Source of the DNA: the human T2T-CHM13v2.0 reference genome, Homo sapiens
Length of the DNA: 64,000 bases
Assembly: GCF_009914755.1 (NCBI RefSeq)
Contig: NC_060939.1
Reading direction: 5' to 3' (one strand)
Shown here piece by piece: positions 1 to 13,532 of the stretch. Below the pieces are notes generated by a model. It was not told the origin of the DNA. It made no database searches and worked only from the letters and a program-made list of their open reading frames with translations. Within the stretch, counting starts at the first letter, position 1. Each line of letters starts with the position of its first letter. Both the position numbers and the translations under genes were made by a program.

Positions 1-237
1 CCTAAAGTTCATATAACTGGTTGGGGGGTGGGCAGGGAGAGAATTCTCTGGGGTCAGAGTGAGAAAAGTTGGTTTTTAATAGATTGCAGTTAAAATATCT
101 TACCTTTACAAATTTTACAAAAACAAATGACCATATGAATACATTTCTAGGGCCGTCCCATGGCCTTGGAAGGGGCTCATGCAAGTGAGGAGCCCTGAAA
201 TATATGCTTCTCCAGTTTTATGGTTAATATGCCTCTG
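1..237 (-). mobile_element. Possible hAT-Tip100 (Zaphod/MER115-like) fragment
   Basis: ggccttggaaggggctcatgcaagtgagg.gccctgaa...gcctctg resembles a recalled terminus. Confidence 0.4.
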
Positions 238-499
238 GATGGAAATAAAAGAAGACTATGGGCAAACATTACATTTTAAGATTGCAAGTGGATTACAAGT
301 ACTCATGATGATTTGTATTAAAGAACATGGTTAGCTAGGTTTTCTAAATCCCAGCTGGCACAAAATAATAAGATGCATTTATACACTGGCATTGGGTAAA
401 AAGATTCCCCTTGGAGTGGTTTTCAAAATCTTTTCAACATTTATGGCATGAAGTGTTAGGAGCTCTGCTGGTTATTCTCTGCCAGATCTATTCTTTCAC

Positions 500-890
500 C
501 ATGAAAAATATCAGCCCACTCACTTGCCAGCTGGCTTCCAGTTGGGTTTAGCCATTGGGAAGCACCAGCAAGAGACTGGGAGTGGAGGGAAGTCAGGATA
601 TTTGTTTTTCATTCCCTCTCTGCATTGACACCACTCCCCTGACAGTGACTACATATCTTTTCAATGAATGATCATGCTGGTTGGTCCTCCCTTCATGGCA
701 CCAGCTCTCGTTGGATCTAATACTATTAATCTCCTTTGGCCCCCTGGCCCCAAGGGTGGTAATGACTCCTGAGTGTTGATAGTTTCTGGATACATCTCTT
801 AATTCCACTCTCATCTCTGTAAATAGTCCCTTCATTACAATGTCTTCATTTATACGAACTGAATTCTGTTCCAGACTGGGAACTTCAATT
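500..890 (+). mobile_element. ERVL LTR (LTR33-like)
   Basis: ggcttccagttgggtttagccattgggaagcaccagc and gtaaatagtcccttcatta motifs. Confidence 0.55.
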
Positions 891-1104
891 ATTCAAGGCA
901 AGAGTATCAAATGAAAGAATATACATGAATTGTTTTGTCATCTGTATTGCTCTTTAAAGTTATATTAAAGGGGTTATCATATTCACTCTGCTTCAAATGT
1001 ACCAAATGGTAAATGAAGGACACAGTGCTTTTGGGCTCAGGATTCAGAAGTCTTGGCTCCTCAAACGACGATCTAAAGTCATATCTCATTGAGAAAATAT
1101 AAGT

Positions 1105-1260
1105 GGCTGGGCACAGTGGCTCATGCTTGTAATCCCAGTGCTTTGGGAGGTCAAGGTGGGAGGATCGCTTGAGGTCAGGAGTTTGAGGCTGCAGTGAGCT
1201 ATGATAACATCACTGCACTCTGTCTGGGTGACAGAGCATGAGCCCATCTCAATAATTAAA
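1105..1260 (+). mobile_element. Alu monomer (FRAM/FAM-like)
   Basis: Single Alu arm ggctgggcacagtggctc...gcccatctc plus A-rich tail. Confidence 0.8.
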
Positions 1261-1349
1261 GTGTATATATTAAAATGTATATATATATGTATATGTAAAC
1301 TGACAGTGTCTTTCATCTTCCCATCCCCAAATCCACCATTTCACTGGTA

Positions 1350-3043
1350 CTCTGTTGCCCTTATCCCCTGCCCTCTCCTGTTAGCATGGAAGGCCAACAC
1401 TTCACTGTGCTCTGGGTCTCCCCCTTTCTCAAGGACGTTGATCCTGCATTTGTCCATTTTCTCTCCCACAATATCAACTTTTCTCTCTGTGGGTTTATTT
1501 CCATTGTCATTGAAATATGCCTCTGCATCTCCAATTCAAAACCAAATAAAACAAAACCTTAAACTCTCATCCTCTCTAGCTACTTATTTCTCTATTCCCA
1601 TTTTTAGCAAAACCTCACTGTTATCAGTTTCTTTTCTCCCATTTACTTTTCAATCATTCCATTTGACTTCTGTGTCCATTATTCCACTAAATCTTTTATT
1701 TTCAAAGTTACCAATCAGCTCCACACTGCCAAATCCAACAGTTACTCCTTGATCCTTATCTTACTTTATGACTCAGTAGCATTCAACCCAACACAACCCA
1801 AGTTGATGACTCTCTTTCCTGGAACACTTTCTTCTCTTGGCTTCCATAGCATCACACTCTCTCAGCCTCTCTCTCAGGCTCTTCTTCTGTCTCCTCTTTT
1901 TCTGCTAAGCTTTTAAATGTCAGCATGCTCTGTGGTTGAGTCCTCCCGCTTTTTCTTTTATTTATTTTTTGACAGTTTTTAAAATTTAAAACTTCTTAAA
2001 TTTTAAATTAAAAATAAAACACTTTCACTACTATTTTCTAGATGAACTCATTTAGTCTCTTGGCTAAAATACCATCTATATGCTGATGACTGCCCAACTG
2101 GTATCTTCAGCCTTCGCTACCCAATTAGTATGTCCAGCAGCCTACCTGGCAAATCCAATTCAACGTCTAAGTTCAGACTTAACTCATTCAAACAAAACTC
2201 CTGATCTCTCCCTCCCCTGAGTTCATTGTTCCTCGCATCTTCCTCATCTCCAGAAATGGCACCACCAACCATCCTCTCAGTTACCCCAACTAAAAACCTA
2301 GCCATTATCCTTTATTTCTCATGTTCCTTCACATCCAATCCATCAGGAAGTCTTGATTCTACCTCCAATATATATCTCAAACCTGTTCATTTCTCTCCAT
2401 CCTTGGCCTCACCCTAGTTGTAGCCACCATGATGCAATGACTTAATCGACCTCCTTGCTTCCACTCTTGTCCACCTACAATCTATTCCCTATACAGAAGT
2501 CAGGACAAACTCCTAAAACCTATAAATCAAGTCATGCACTTAGTACACTTCAGTGGATTCCATTCCACTTGGAATAAAACGGACTCCTTACTGTGGCCAA
2601 AAAAGCACTACATGTCCTGGCCTCTTTAAATATCATCCACTTCATTTCATACCACATTGCTCCTCTCCACACCTCTAATTGTACCTCAAACACTCCCAGC
2701 TTATTCCTACCTCAGGGCCTTTGCATTTGCTATTTTCTTCAATGTAGTCTTTCTTCCCTTGAATTACTGATGTCATTTTGGTCTTAGTTTCAATGTCACA
2801 TCCTCAGAGAAGTCTTTTCTAAACTACCTAAGGTATTCCTTACCCTGCCTGAGTTTTCTCATGGTACTTACCATTATCTGAAGTTATCTGCTTTATTTAT
2901 TTAATTTTTTATTTTCTAAATCTCCAGTAGAATACAAGTTTCATGAGACCTGGGCCTTGTCCACTTTTTCCACAACTATATTTCCAGGGCCTAGAATGGT
3001 ACTGACACATGATTCATTCAACATTTCTTGAGTAAATGAGTGA
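1350..3043 (+). mobile_element. L2 LINE 3' portion
   Basis: Pyrimidine-rich L2 ORF2 remnant ending in cctagaa...tgagtaaatgagtgaa. Confidence 0.75.
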
Positions 3044-3334
3044 ACTATATCGAATAGGAAACACGTTAACTTTTCACAGATATTTAGAAATTGAGTTTGC
3101 TTTCGTCATTACCTATTTCATTCGTGAAATGTAATATACACATTTATCTTCTTCCTGGTCACAGTTTGCAAAAGAAATTCAAAGTTACAATTTGGTAAAT
3201 CATTTTTAAAAAGTGTTCATCTAGCTTGGTTATAGTTTTGTAAATCTTTCATTAATTCTTCTAAACTTGTACTCTGTCCAGGTAGGGTTAGTATTACTTT
3301 ATGTTTTCTGGCCCCACATAATTTCCATAATAAT

Positions 3335-3752
3335 TATTTCTTGCCACAAAAATTCTGCATAACCAACCACCCCAAAACTCAGTGCCTTAAAACAGTAATC
3401 ACTTACTTTTGCTCAAGTTTCTGTGAGTTGGTTACAATCAGCTAGTGCAGGCTGGGTGCTGCTGGGGGCCCTAGCCTACATGCCTCCCTGCTTCCTTGGG
3501 CCAGTAGGCTAGTGGGGGTAGGTTATCTCATGATGATGGCAGAACACTGAAGAGTAACTGGAAATACCCAGGGCCTCTGAAGCCTAGGTTTGGAGCTGGC
3601 GTGCTGTTTCTTCTGACTCATTCTGTTGGCCAAAGCAAGTCACACTACTGAATATAAAGTCAAAGGGCAGGAACTGCAAAGTCACATGGAACATAGCACT
3701 GACATAGAGAAGGTAAAAAGTCAGGGGGCAATAATGCAATCAAACCTACCAC
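3335..3752 (-). mobile_element. MLT1-type MaLR LTR
   Basis: Hallmark motifs accaccccaaaactcagtg.cttaaaaca and ggccaaagcaagtcac. Confidence 0.7.
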
Positions 3753-3899
3753 AATTACAAGGGGTGGCTTTTCAATGCAGCATTTGACAATACAGTCTTT
3801 ACAGTGTACCCTTCCTCACAGGTAGCAGTGTTCATATTCCTGAACACTCTGGTGAAACTACAGTGAAAAGAAGGAACTGTGAAATATACTTGTAGGGTA

Positions 3900-4320
3900 T
3901 GCATTAGAATGTTCACAAGAACCATGGACAAAAGCCAGCTTATTCAGTATGGATGGCATCTAAAACTTGCCATCTCAACTTTCCTTTATGGCTGGCTAGC
4001 ATCTTCCCATAGATACTCATATGTGAGGAAAAGGGACTTAGACGTGTCCTGGGTGAGATCAAAACTAAGTCACCTATGGAAGGATTCCAGGAACTAAAGG
4101 GTTTACCATGAAGAAAACTTGGGGAAGAGATTAAAATTGTCTTCAAATATCTGAAGTGTTCTTTGTGGGAGTTGGTTTAGACTTGTTCTATGGGGCCACA
4201 AAAGGCAGCACCAGAGTAGATGGATAGAAATTATAGGAAATAGGATTGGGCACAACATGTGGCAGAAAATTCTAGCCATCAGCACTGTCTAATGATGGAA
4301 GCATTGCCATCACAGAGATA
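3900..4320 (+). mobile_element. CR1/L3 fragment
   Basis: gtcttcaaatatctgaag...ttagacttgttct motif. Confidence 0.5.
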
Positions 4321-4374
4321 TTAAAAAAGAGCCTGAAGAGCAACACTTAATAAGCATTATTGTAATTAGCATAG

Positions 4375-4600
4375 CAGCTATCATTTATTGAAGCCCTACT
4401 AAATACCAGGAGCTGTGCTAAACACTTTAACCATGTTCTAACTCTCAACAACAAGCATTGTTCACAACTCACAGCTGAGGAAATCAAAGCATAGAGAGAT
4501 TAGGTAATTTGTTCTAGGTCAAAGGGACAATGGGTGGAGGAGCTGGGACCTGGCCCAAGGTCTGTCTGATTCCAGAGCCCCTTCTCTTTCCACTATACCT
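4375..4600 (-). mobile_element. MIR (other MIRs near 11790-11985, 12250-12480, 12600-12770, 27440-27670, 28860-29055, 38870-39070, 60176-60350)
   Basis: MIR core gaggaaa..gaggc..agagagg.taagtaa.ttg. Confidence 0.7.
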
Positions 4601-5182
4601 GGCTGCATGCTGAATCACCATTCGTCAGGATAAGGAATTCAAGAATAAAGTGGGAGCTGAGCTTTACGAACTCTTCCAGTCCTTATGGCTACAAGTCTAA
4701 GAAATCTCACTAAGGTCACAGCCACTGCACATTTCGTGAAATAGCTTTTGTACTCTGGTGATTTCTGAAAAACTCTTGTGAACTTTGGTTGATGGATACT
4801 AATCTTAAAAATTGCCTTTAAGAACTCAGGGTTCTGTGCTTAAGATTCACAATCATATTCACACTTCACCTTTACCTTGCACTGCTTTTCCACAGTTTCA
4901 GTGACGTTCCCAAAGTACGGCTTGTTAATCCTCACATGGTCTCTGTGGGAGTGAGTGCTGGCAAATGGTAAGGCTGGCAGAGGATGACTCACTCAGCCAA
5001 GGGAGGCAGAGATGTGGTTAGGGAAAGAGCAGACAGAAACACTCTCTCTCTACACCCAGTCCAGAACTCCGAGGTAACTCCTCTCCAGTCCTGGTTCTAC
5101 TTTTCAACGAGAGAATGGTTCAGTGTAGTCACTTGCCCTCATTCCCACCACCAGCTCTCCCACACATAAGCTCCAGCTCTAT

Positions 5183-5316
5183 ACAACCTCATCAGGGATA
5201 TGTCCCTTCCTGCCCTCATTCCGTACAGCATGCTCTTCTTCCTTTTTGAACAACCTCATCGGGGATACGTCCCTTCCTGCCCTCATTCTGTACAGCATGC
5301 TCTTCTTCCTTTTTGA
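5183..5316. repeat. 67-bp tandem duplication
   Basis: 5183-5249 and 5250-5316, 3 mismatches. Confidence 0.95.
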
Positions 5317-8300
5317 GAGGAAGAGCCTCCCTTTGAAAGACGAGATTTTCAAAGTGGGTGGTCAAGGAAGATCTACCTTCCAGGCTGCTAGATTTTATTT
5401 TCATATTTTGAGATAATTGCTGCAAGCTGATTTAAATATTTCAAAGAATAATTCCATTTTGTTTTCATCTTTAGGCTTTTTAAAATGCAGGGTGTCATAC
5501 TAAAAATTCTAATAAGTAAAATGTGCAACGCATAATAAAATGTGCGTATTTTTTCATTACCATCTGCTTCTCCTTACACTTACAGGAAAAGACTTCTTTA
5601 AAGGGTTGAAGCCTCAGTGGGGTACACAATGTTGATCTTACATACTCTGCCATTTGACTAGGGGAGTAATGTAAGCTGCTAGAGAAGCATATTAATTAAA
5701 GACTCACTCAACCTGCAGACCACTTGCTCAAGAAAACAGAAAAACTAAGCGGATTCTGGAGAGTCATCTGTCTCTGGGCCAACAGCCTATTTTCCACCGT
5801 TAGACTCAGTGCTGGCATCCCATAGTTTATGAGATCACAATCAGGGTGGAAAAGGCTAGCCATCTTCTACCTCTTCTTTCTATCCAAATGCATTATTCCC
5901 TCCTAAAACCATCACAGGTAAGTGGTTGTCTGGCCTCTACTTGGACCCCTCCAATGACAGGATATGGCTTCCTAACTATTCTATATAGCAACTGTTCATT
6001 CTACTTCAAGTAGAAATAATTTTTGACACCACTAACCAACATTGATAATGAATCTACCCTATGGAAAGCACTGTCCTAGGTACTAAAGGAGATCTGAAGA
6101 ACCATATGAAAACTGCTGTTATTGCCTGAAATAAGCTCCTTGCCTCTGAGAGAGAAGACCTGCTCCCTGATGATCAGAGTCTCGTGAGAGAAAACTGGCA
6201 AAGGGTGGTGATGCAGACCCTGCTCCTTGCTGATAAGAGGTGGGGGCCAGCTTTCCTACAGTGAAGGCTTGTCTGGGGGATGAGATGGAAATGCCTTGCT
6301 GCAAGATGAACATGAAACATGAAAACAAACGTCCAGCACCAGGCAGCAACTCCGGAACAGTCACTTCTTCTCCTTTGTTTTGGTTTCCAAGGAAATCTCT
6401 TGATGTGTGAAGGTATTTTGAGTGTACCAGAGACAGATCAGCATATGAAGGATAGGCAAGCTGTCAGCATTGAGGGCCTAACATGAAATAACAGGTGTGC
6501 CACAACCAGAGGCCAGAGGGTGGTAATGGGAAAGCTAGGATCAGAAAACCTAGGGGCAAGGTTAGAGCAGAGCCTGTGGTAAGGCTGAGGTTGATAATGG
6601 AGGTCAGTATCTCCAGAAACATGGTTAGGCTGGGTCTAGGTTGAACCTGGTAGGTATACACACAGAATTCTAAATAAATAACTATGTGATAAATATTCCA
6701 AAGAAGTAAAACCTATTTGTCAGCAAGATTATTACATTCATTAAATCCTGTTTGGAGACTGTATAAAAATTGGCAAGCTGAAAATAAGATCAGTAGAGTT
6801 TGTTTTCTGGTCGTTGTTTGTTTAGTTTTTTAGAGCGGACGGCAGCAACTTAGGCAGGAAGTGCATGTGAAGAAACAATGTGGTGATACAAACTTTGAAC
6901 TTGTATACCGTCTATGACCTGAGCCACTTCATACATATCACCAAGGCCACTTTGGTCTCTGTTAGTCCCCAGCCCCTCAAGACTCAGGGGAGGAGAACAA
7001 TCGGGAGAAAGCAAGTGATCTGCTAAGGATTAAGTCCTGCTTTTCAGGGAAAGTGAGAATCCATTATGGTTGCCACCAGCAGGATGCTTGCAAGAGTTTA
7101 ATGTAAAGCTCTCCTGGGAGAGAAGTGAGAGGAACCCTGGTTTGTAGTGTTCACGTATTTGCATGGTGTAAATACTTCCACTATGGCCAGTTTCAAGCTA
7201 CCAACATGAAGTCACTGAACATGCACCTAGGAAGAGATGCTTGCAGTCAGCTCTCAGGACAGGTGTGGGCCACCTCCAGCATGCACCCACAGCAGCTGCA
7301 AGCCTCCTCAAGAGGGCTGGTGCTTGCTGGGCTTCCTTTTGTATTCCTTCCTGTCTGGTTTCCTTGCTCCCCAGGTGTTCCTGAACCCATTCCACTCCTC
7401 ATCTCACTCCTAATCTCATGCCCTCTGGGCCTTGCCCAATGACTGGACAGTTAATCCAGATCAACAAATTCCTCTGCAGGAGACAAGGACTTCAAGGGTG
7501 AATCCTCTCAGAGAAATCCACATTGCAACAGCAGTTTCTTGAAGTGGTTGGTGCTCTAAACCAAGAACAAAAATGTTAATATAAGGTGAGAATTTGGGAG
7601 AAGGGAAGCTCAGTTCCTTGTAAAGCTTGTCCTGTTCTTCTTTCTGGGATAACCTGGTATGTCATACCCTGGCCCACATAGGACAGCCTGCCATATAGTT
7701 AGACTAGTGTCTATTTCTTGTCATATTATGGTGTCCAGGAATTTATGGAGCTCTGAATATCTTGGTTACAATTGGCTTTTAATTATTTACTTGTAATGGC
7801 TGGGGGACACCATAACATGGACAATACACAAGCTTTAAATTAACCCTGACCTGCAATTTCAAACTTTTACAACAGGCCTTTAAGCGGAGTCTTACTAAAG
7901 CAGGAGAGGGGCTGGCCAGGCTCATCTCTTCTCTCCCACCCAACTGCTGGGGCAGTGATGACAGCTGGTGCCACAACCAAGGCCACAGACACAGAAGAGG
8001 GAAAAATCTGGTTAACCCACCCCCAGACAAAGGTGATTTGTTCTAACCAAGCCTCCCTCAACTCCTGTTGCAGAGAAGCCAACGTGGAAAAGACTTGAAG
8101 GAAAAGAACCCATGCTTCCTGCCTCTGTTCTATTGATATTCACTGTCCTGCTGGGGCCAGAGTAGTAGAGCAGGAAGGAGGAGCAGGCCTTTCAAGTTGC
8201 ACAGCATCTAGGTACACAGGAACAGACCTGTACAAAATGAGCACATGCCCACACAAACCATCCCTGAAGCAAGCGAGTGGCTGAAGAACCACACTATTCT

Positions 8301-9437
8301 CTCTGGGTGAGAACACCTGATAATGATATGTTACGTTTTTGTGGCACTTAGGTTCAACAAACAGCTTCACTTGTGTTGAACATTTGCATTGTACAGCAGC
8401 TCAATGCAGCAGCAGAACCATGAGCTGAAATTTAAAAATGAGAAAACTGAAGCAACATGCCTCAGCCATGGTGAGTAGAGGAACCTCCACAAGAAGGGCC
8501 CTCTCACTCCCAGCCCAAGGCTCTTTCTTTGGCATGTCCTTCTCCTCGGGGCTTAGGAGGCAGGTAGGAATATACTTGGAAGAGCTCTACCATTTTGGCC
8601 ATCCATGTTACATGGCTAAACCTCTCACCCACACCTCTATTCTTTCTTCCTCCCCAGGAAGCCCTACACCCCCAACAGACCCACCCAGCCCTTCTCACTG
8701 GAATTATGGTACATACTTTAAAAATGTCCTTAGAAAGCCTAATCCTTAAACCCACCACTTTTCATGACATCAACACAAGGCAGCTATTATTGGCACCATT
8801 TACTCAGAGACTCTGTGAGTCAGTGGCCAGGGGGTGAAAATTCACGTCCCCTAAGGGCCCACAGTGCCTGCGCTGGTCCATCTCTCCCTCTTCCCACAGC
8901 AGAAGCACTCTCTACTGCCTCAGCCAAACCAGACATCAACAGAAACGCTCCTCCCTGGGCCTGGCTTTCCTTCCAAAGTGTGAAGCTCTATGTAAAGAAT
9001 GACCTAGATTTTTTGGATGAGCAGTTGAAGTCTATAAATGTCTAACCAAGTGCATGAATTGCCTAAAGTGAGAAAGAGCTTTTAGCTGTATTGTCTCTGC
9101 TGAGCAAGACAGCTGGCCTTCCTTGGGGATTGCAGTCTCGATCTGGACTTGTCATGTCTGAAGAATCATGAGTCTCAGAAGTCAGGAGGGAAGTTGGTCC
9201 TCTTCAGTTCTGGAAATTGGACACAAGTCTGTGGGTGGGGTTTGGGGACTGGGGCTAGGAAATAAACAGAAGAGCAGGGAAGAGGTACTGCAAGTCCCGA
9301 GCAGACCCAGTGAGCTGACTCTGGGACAACGCTATGACTTCAAACTCTAAGAGCATTTGTTGAAGTCAGTGCCGACTGAATATACCTGGTGGCTACTTCT
9401 TCTGGGTCCCATCAAACTCTCTAGGAACAATTGAATT

Positions 9438-9599
9438 ATCTGGCTGGGTAGTTATGCTACAGTTTGATTCTTTGATGAGCTGCCATGCACGCAACCCCAT
9501 GGCTCATAGACATTGACCATTCCCATGCAGCACTATAGACATGAGCCAGGCAAGGGAAGAAGGAGCAGCGGGGCCCTGTCCTAGCTTCCCAGAAGGACA
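9438..9599. repeat. Source copy of a 162-bp dispersed duplication (second copy 10724-10885)
   Basis: Direct repeat, 3 mismatches. Confidence 0.95.
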
Positions 9600-10509
9600 C
9601 AGAGAGCTGCCAGCAGCTTGCTGGGAGGAGGGCTGGCAAAGGGCCAGTGGACCCAAAGAAAAAGAAATAAACAAACTGGGAAGAAAATCTGGGTCAGGCT
9701 CTTACCTTGCTCACTGGAGCATATTTGTATCACGTCATTCTTATCTATTAAATTCTTGGCCTTTTTTGCATATTTTCAGACATGCCCAATAGGCACGAAG
9801 AAGCAACTTGGAGAACTTCCCAAATACTTACACAACAAAATAATATAAGGCCCATCTGAGAATTACTGGTTAGCCATGACCTCAGCCTTCCTCAGACAAT
9901 TTTTCTCAATGAGTGACTTGGTCCCATCAGACCCACAAGCCTAGATAATAGATAACCTCATTCCAGTGCATGATGGAATTGTGGGAAACAGTGTATGCTG
10001 ACATAAAATAGAAATCCACTGACCATAGTCTTATTGTAAAATATGCTTTTCACCACAGAAACTGTTCTTTAATTGCTTATAATTCTCTGCAATGAACAGT
10101 CTCGTACAAAAAAACATCACATCACCATGTAGGGTAAAAAGTAACTGAACAGAGTCTTTTGAAATCAGATAGAAATTATTCTGAAAGTTTCCTCACCCCT
10201 TCTTTGGTTGTGGTTAGGATTAGATGATGTTTGATTAAATACATAAAAATGCTTAGAAAAGTGTGAAGCACTATAACAGTGATGAATTATTCTTATTTCT
10301 CTTGCTAGATTTAAGCACTATTTTGTTTTTTTTTCCTTTGTTCTGGCTATTTTTTTTCTTTGTTTGGCTATTCCAGACTGGAACCATGATTTTTTTGTCC
10401 CTTAACTATGACCACTACTCAAGGAGTGGCTGTCCACTGTAGTTCATCACTGTGCCAGCGAGACTGGACCCCTCAAGCATGGGGTCCTCCTTGGCAGTTA
10501 GTTGGTGGC

Positions 10510-11050
10510 TGTGTTAGTCCATTCTTGCATTGCTATAAAGAAAATATAATTTATAAAGAAAAGAAATTTAATTGGTTCAAGGTTCTGCAGGCTGAATAAG
10601 AAACATAGCAGCATTTGCTTCTGGGAAGCCCTCAGGAAGCTTACAATCATGGTAGAGGGTGAAAAAGCAGGCACGTCACATGGTGAAAGCAGGAGCAAGA
10701 GGGAGAGGGAGGAAGTGCCACACATCTGGCTGGGTAGTTATGCTACAGTTTGATTCTTTGATGAGCTGCCATGCACGCAACCCCATGGCTCATAGACATT
10801 GACCATTCCCATGCAGCACTATAGACATGAGCCAGGCAAGGGAAGCAGGAGCAGTGGGGCCCTGTCCTAGCTTCCCAGAGGGACATATATCTCATGAGAA
10901 CTCACTATCATGGGGACAGTACCAAGAGGAGGGTACTAAACCATTCATGAGAAACCTACCCCCATGATCCAGGCATCTCCCACCAGGCCCCATCTCCAAC
11001 ATTACATTTCAACATGAGATTTGGGCAGGAACAACATCCCAACTATATTA
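10510..11050 (-). mobile_element. MaLR solo LTR (MSTA-like) carrying a 162-bp insertion
   Basis: tgtgttagtccattcttgcattgctataaag...aactatatta, 5-bp TSD gtggc/gtagc. Confidence 0.85.
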
Positions 11051-11273
11051 GTAGCCTTCCAAGCTTCCCTTCAATCCTAGGTTTTAAGCGCACTCCCCCA
11101 ACGCCAGAACCCTCAAGAGTTTACAGAGGTGCTAGAGAGAAGTGAGCAGGAGGACCTGGAGAGCCACTCTGAAGTGAGAACTGCACCGGTGAGTGAGGAA
11201 TCTCTTACTATTCAAAGGAAAGAAACTGGTCTCTATTCAGTAGTCAAGAGCTGAATAGGAATGTGCTTCAAGG

Positions 11274-11578
11274 GGCTGGGCACGGTGGCTCATGCCTGTA
11301 ATCCCAGCACTTTGGGAGGCTGAGGCAGGCAGATTACCCGAGGTCAGGAGTTCAAGACCAGCCTAGCCAACATGACAAAACCTCGTCTCTACTAAAAATA
11401 CAAAAATTAGCTGGGTGTGGTGGTGGGCGCCTGTAATCTCAGCTACTCAGGAGGCTGAGGCATGAGAATAGCTTGAACCTGGGAGGCGGAGGTTGCAGTG
11501 AGCCAAGATTGCACCACTGCACTCTAGCCTGGGGGATAGAGCAAGACTCTGTCTCCATAAACAAAATGAAACAAAAAA
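11274..11578 (+). mobile_element. AluS
   Basis: Full dimer, TSD gaatgtgcttca. Confidence 0.93.
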
Positions 11579-12840
11579 GAATGTGCTTCAGAACATCCTA
11601 AGTCATGAATTGATGTGTTGTATCACTGTCCTACAGAAATAGCCAAAATGCAACACTGAAACTAACAATGTTGTTACTTATTGGAAGATGGGGGAGACCA
11701 GGAGAAATATTTGAGATTGTTGGAAGAAATGCAGCATCTAACCAGAAGAAATGAACTACATTCAAGGTTTAGCCACCCCCGTCTTCTCTTTTTGCTAACA
11801 TACTTGGAGCACTTCCTGTGTACCAGACACTGTTTCAAGACAGCCTTTACGTATATTAACCCTGTGAGACAGGTGCCATCTGACAGATGAAGAAACTGAG
11901 GCAAGGAAGTAAGGTAATTTGTCCAAGTTTACACAGCTAGTAAGTAGTAGACCTGAGATTCAAACCCAGGCTGCCTGGCTCTGGGATGGCCCTGATTGTT
12001 TCTGAGCCTCAATTTGCTCTTTGCAGAATGAGAGCTTCATAATGTCTTACGCCCACCCCTTCCAACAGAGAGATAATCCAGAGATGGCACTCAAGATAAG
12101 AAAAAAGTGTTAATATCTTTTGAGGAGAACAAGGTTCTGAACTGAGTTCACACCACGGATGTCTGGTTAACTTGTGGGTCCCAAATAGTTACGGTGCCTG
12201 ACAGTTGTCACGTAGGCACATGAAACCCTCACCCTGGTGCTGAAGTACTAATAACCTCTATTTATTAGCGTTTTATGAATGACCACTCTCCTCACACGTT
12301 GCCTCATCTGAGCCTCACAACTCTGAGAGATGGGTATTATTTGCATTATTTTATAGGTGAGGAAACAGAGAGTAAGGTGGTATGACTTGCCTAAAGTCAC
12401 CCATCTTATGAGTGACAGTGCTGTGACTTGAGTTCCAGTCTTCTGAGGTAAACCCTGCCCTTTCCACCAGATACCACTGCCTCTCACCCTGACAGCTGTA
12501 AAGATAAAAAGCACATAGTCTACCTGGGTATTGAGGGTTTCCAGAGCTGGCCTGAATGCTAAATGAGAATATAATAAATGCCACCATATACTGAACCATC
12601 CACCATGTGCCAGGAGTGAACTAGGCCATGTTACAGACATGCTCTCAATATTTACTACAATTCTGCATGATCGATGTTTTCTCTGTTTCACACATGAAGA
12701 AACAGAGTCAAGAGAGGTAAAAATATCTAGTCAATGTCCCACAGCTAGGAAGTAGCAAGAAGGGGCTACAAATTATCACCCTGGTTATTTTATCATTATG
12801 TTTTAAAGTTATTAATATCTACCACAGTCCTGCATTGCCG

Positions 12841-13197
12841 TTTTTTTTTTTGTTTTTATTTATTTATTTATTATTATTATACTTTAAGTTTTAGGGTACA
12901 TGTGCACAATGTGCAGGTTAGTTACATATGTATACATGTGCCATGCTGGTGTGCCGCACCCACTAACTCGTCATCTAGCATTAGGTATATCTCCCAATGC
13001 TATCCCTCCCCGCTCCTCCCACCCCACAACAGTCCCCAGAGTGTGATGTTCCCCTTCCTGTGTCCATGTGTTCTCATTGTTCAATTCCCACCTATGAGTG
13101 AGAATATGCGGTGTTTGGTTTTTTGTTCTTGCGATAGTTTACTGAGAATGATGATTTCCAATTTCATCCATGTCCCTACAAAGGACATGAACTCATC
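12841..13197 (-). mobile_element. 5'-truncated young L1 3' end (L1PA2-like)
   Basis: L1 3'UTR with GAG (not Ta ACA) diagnostic and ttgggagatata, poly-T tail on +, TSD ttgccgttt at 12835-12843 and 13199-13207. Confidence 0.88.
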
Positions 13198-13207
13198 TTT
13201 GCCGTTT

Positions 13208-13532
<325 letters not shown>

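Noticed and set aside
1201-1752. 183-aa ORF
   Set aside because: Runs across an Alu tail and pyrimidine-rich L2 remnant; no homology recognised.
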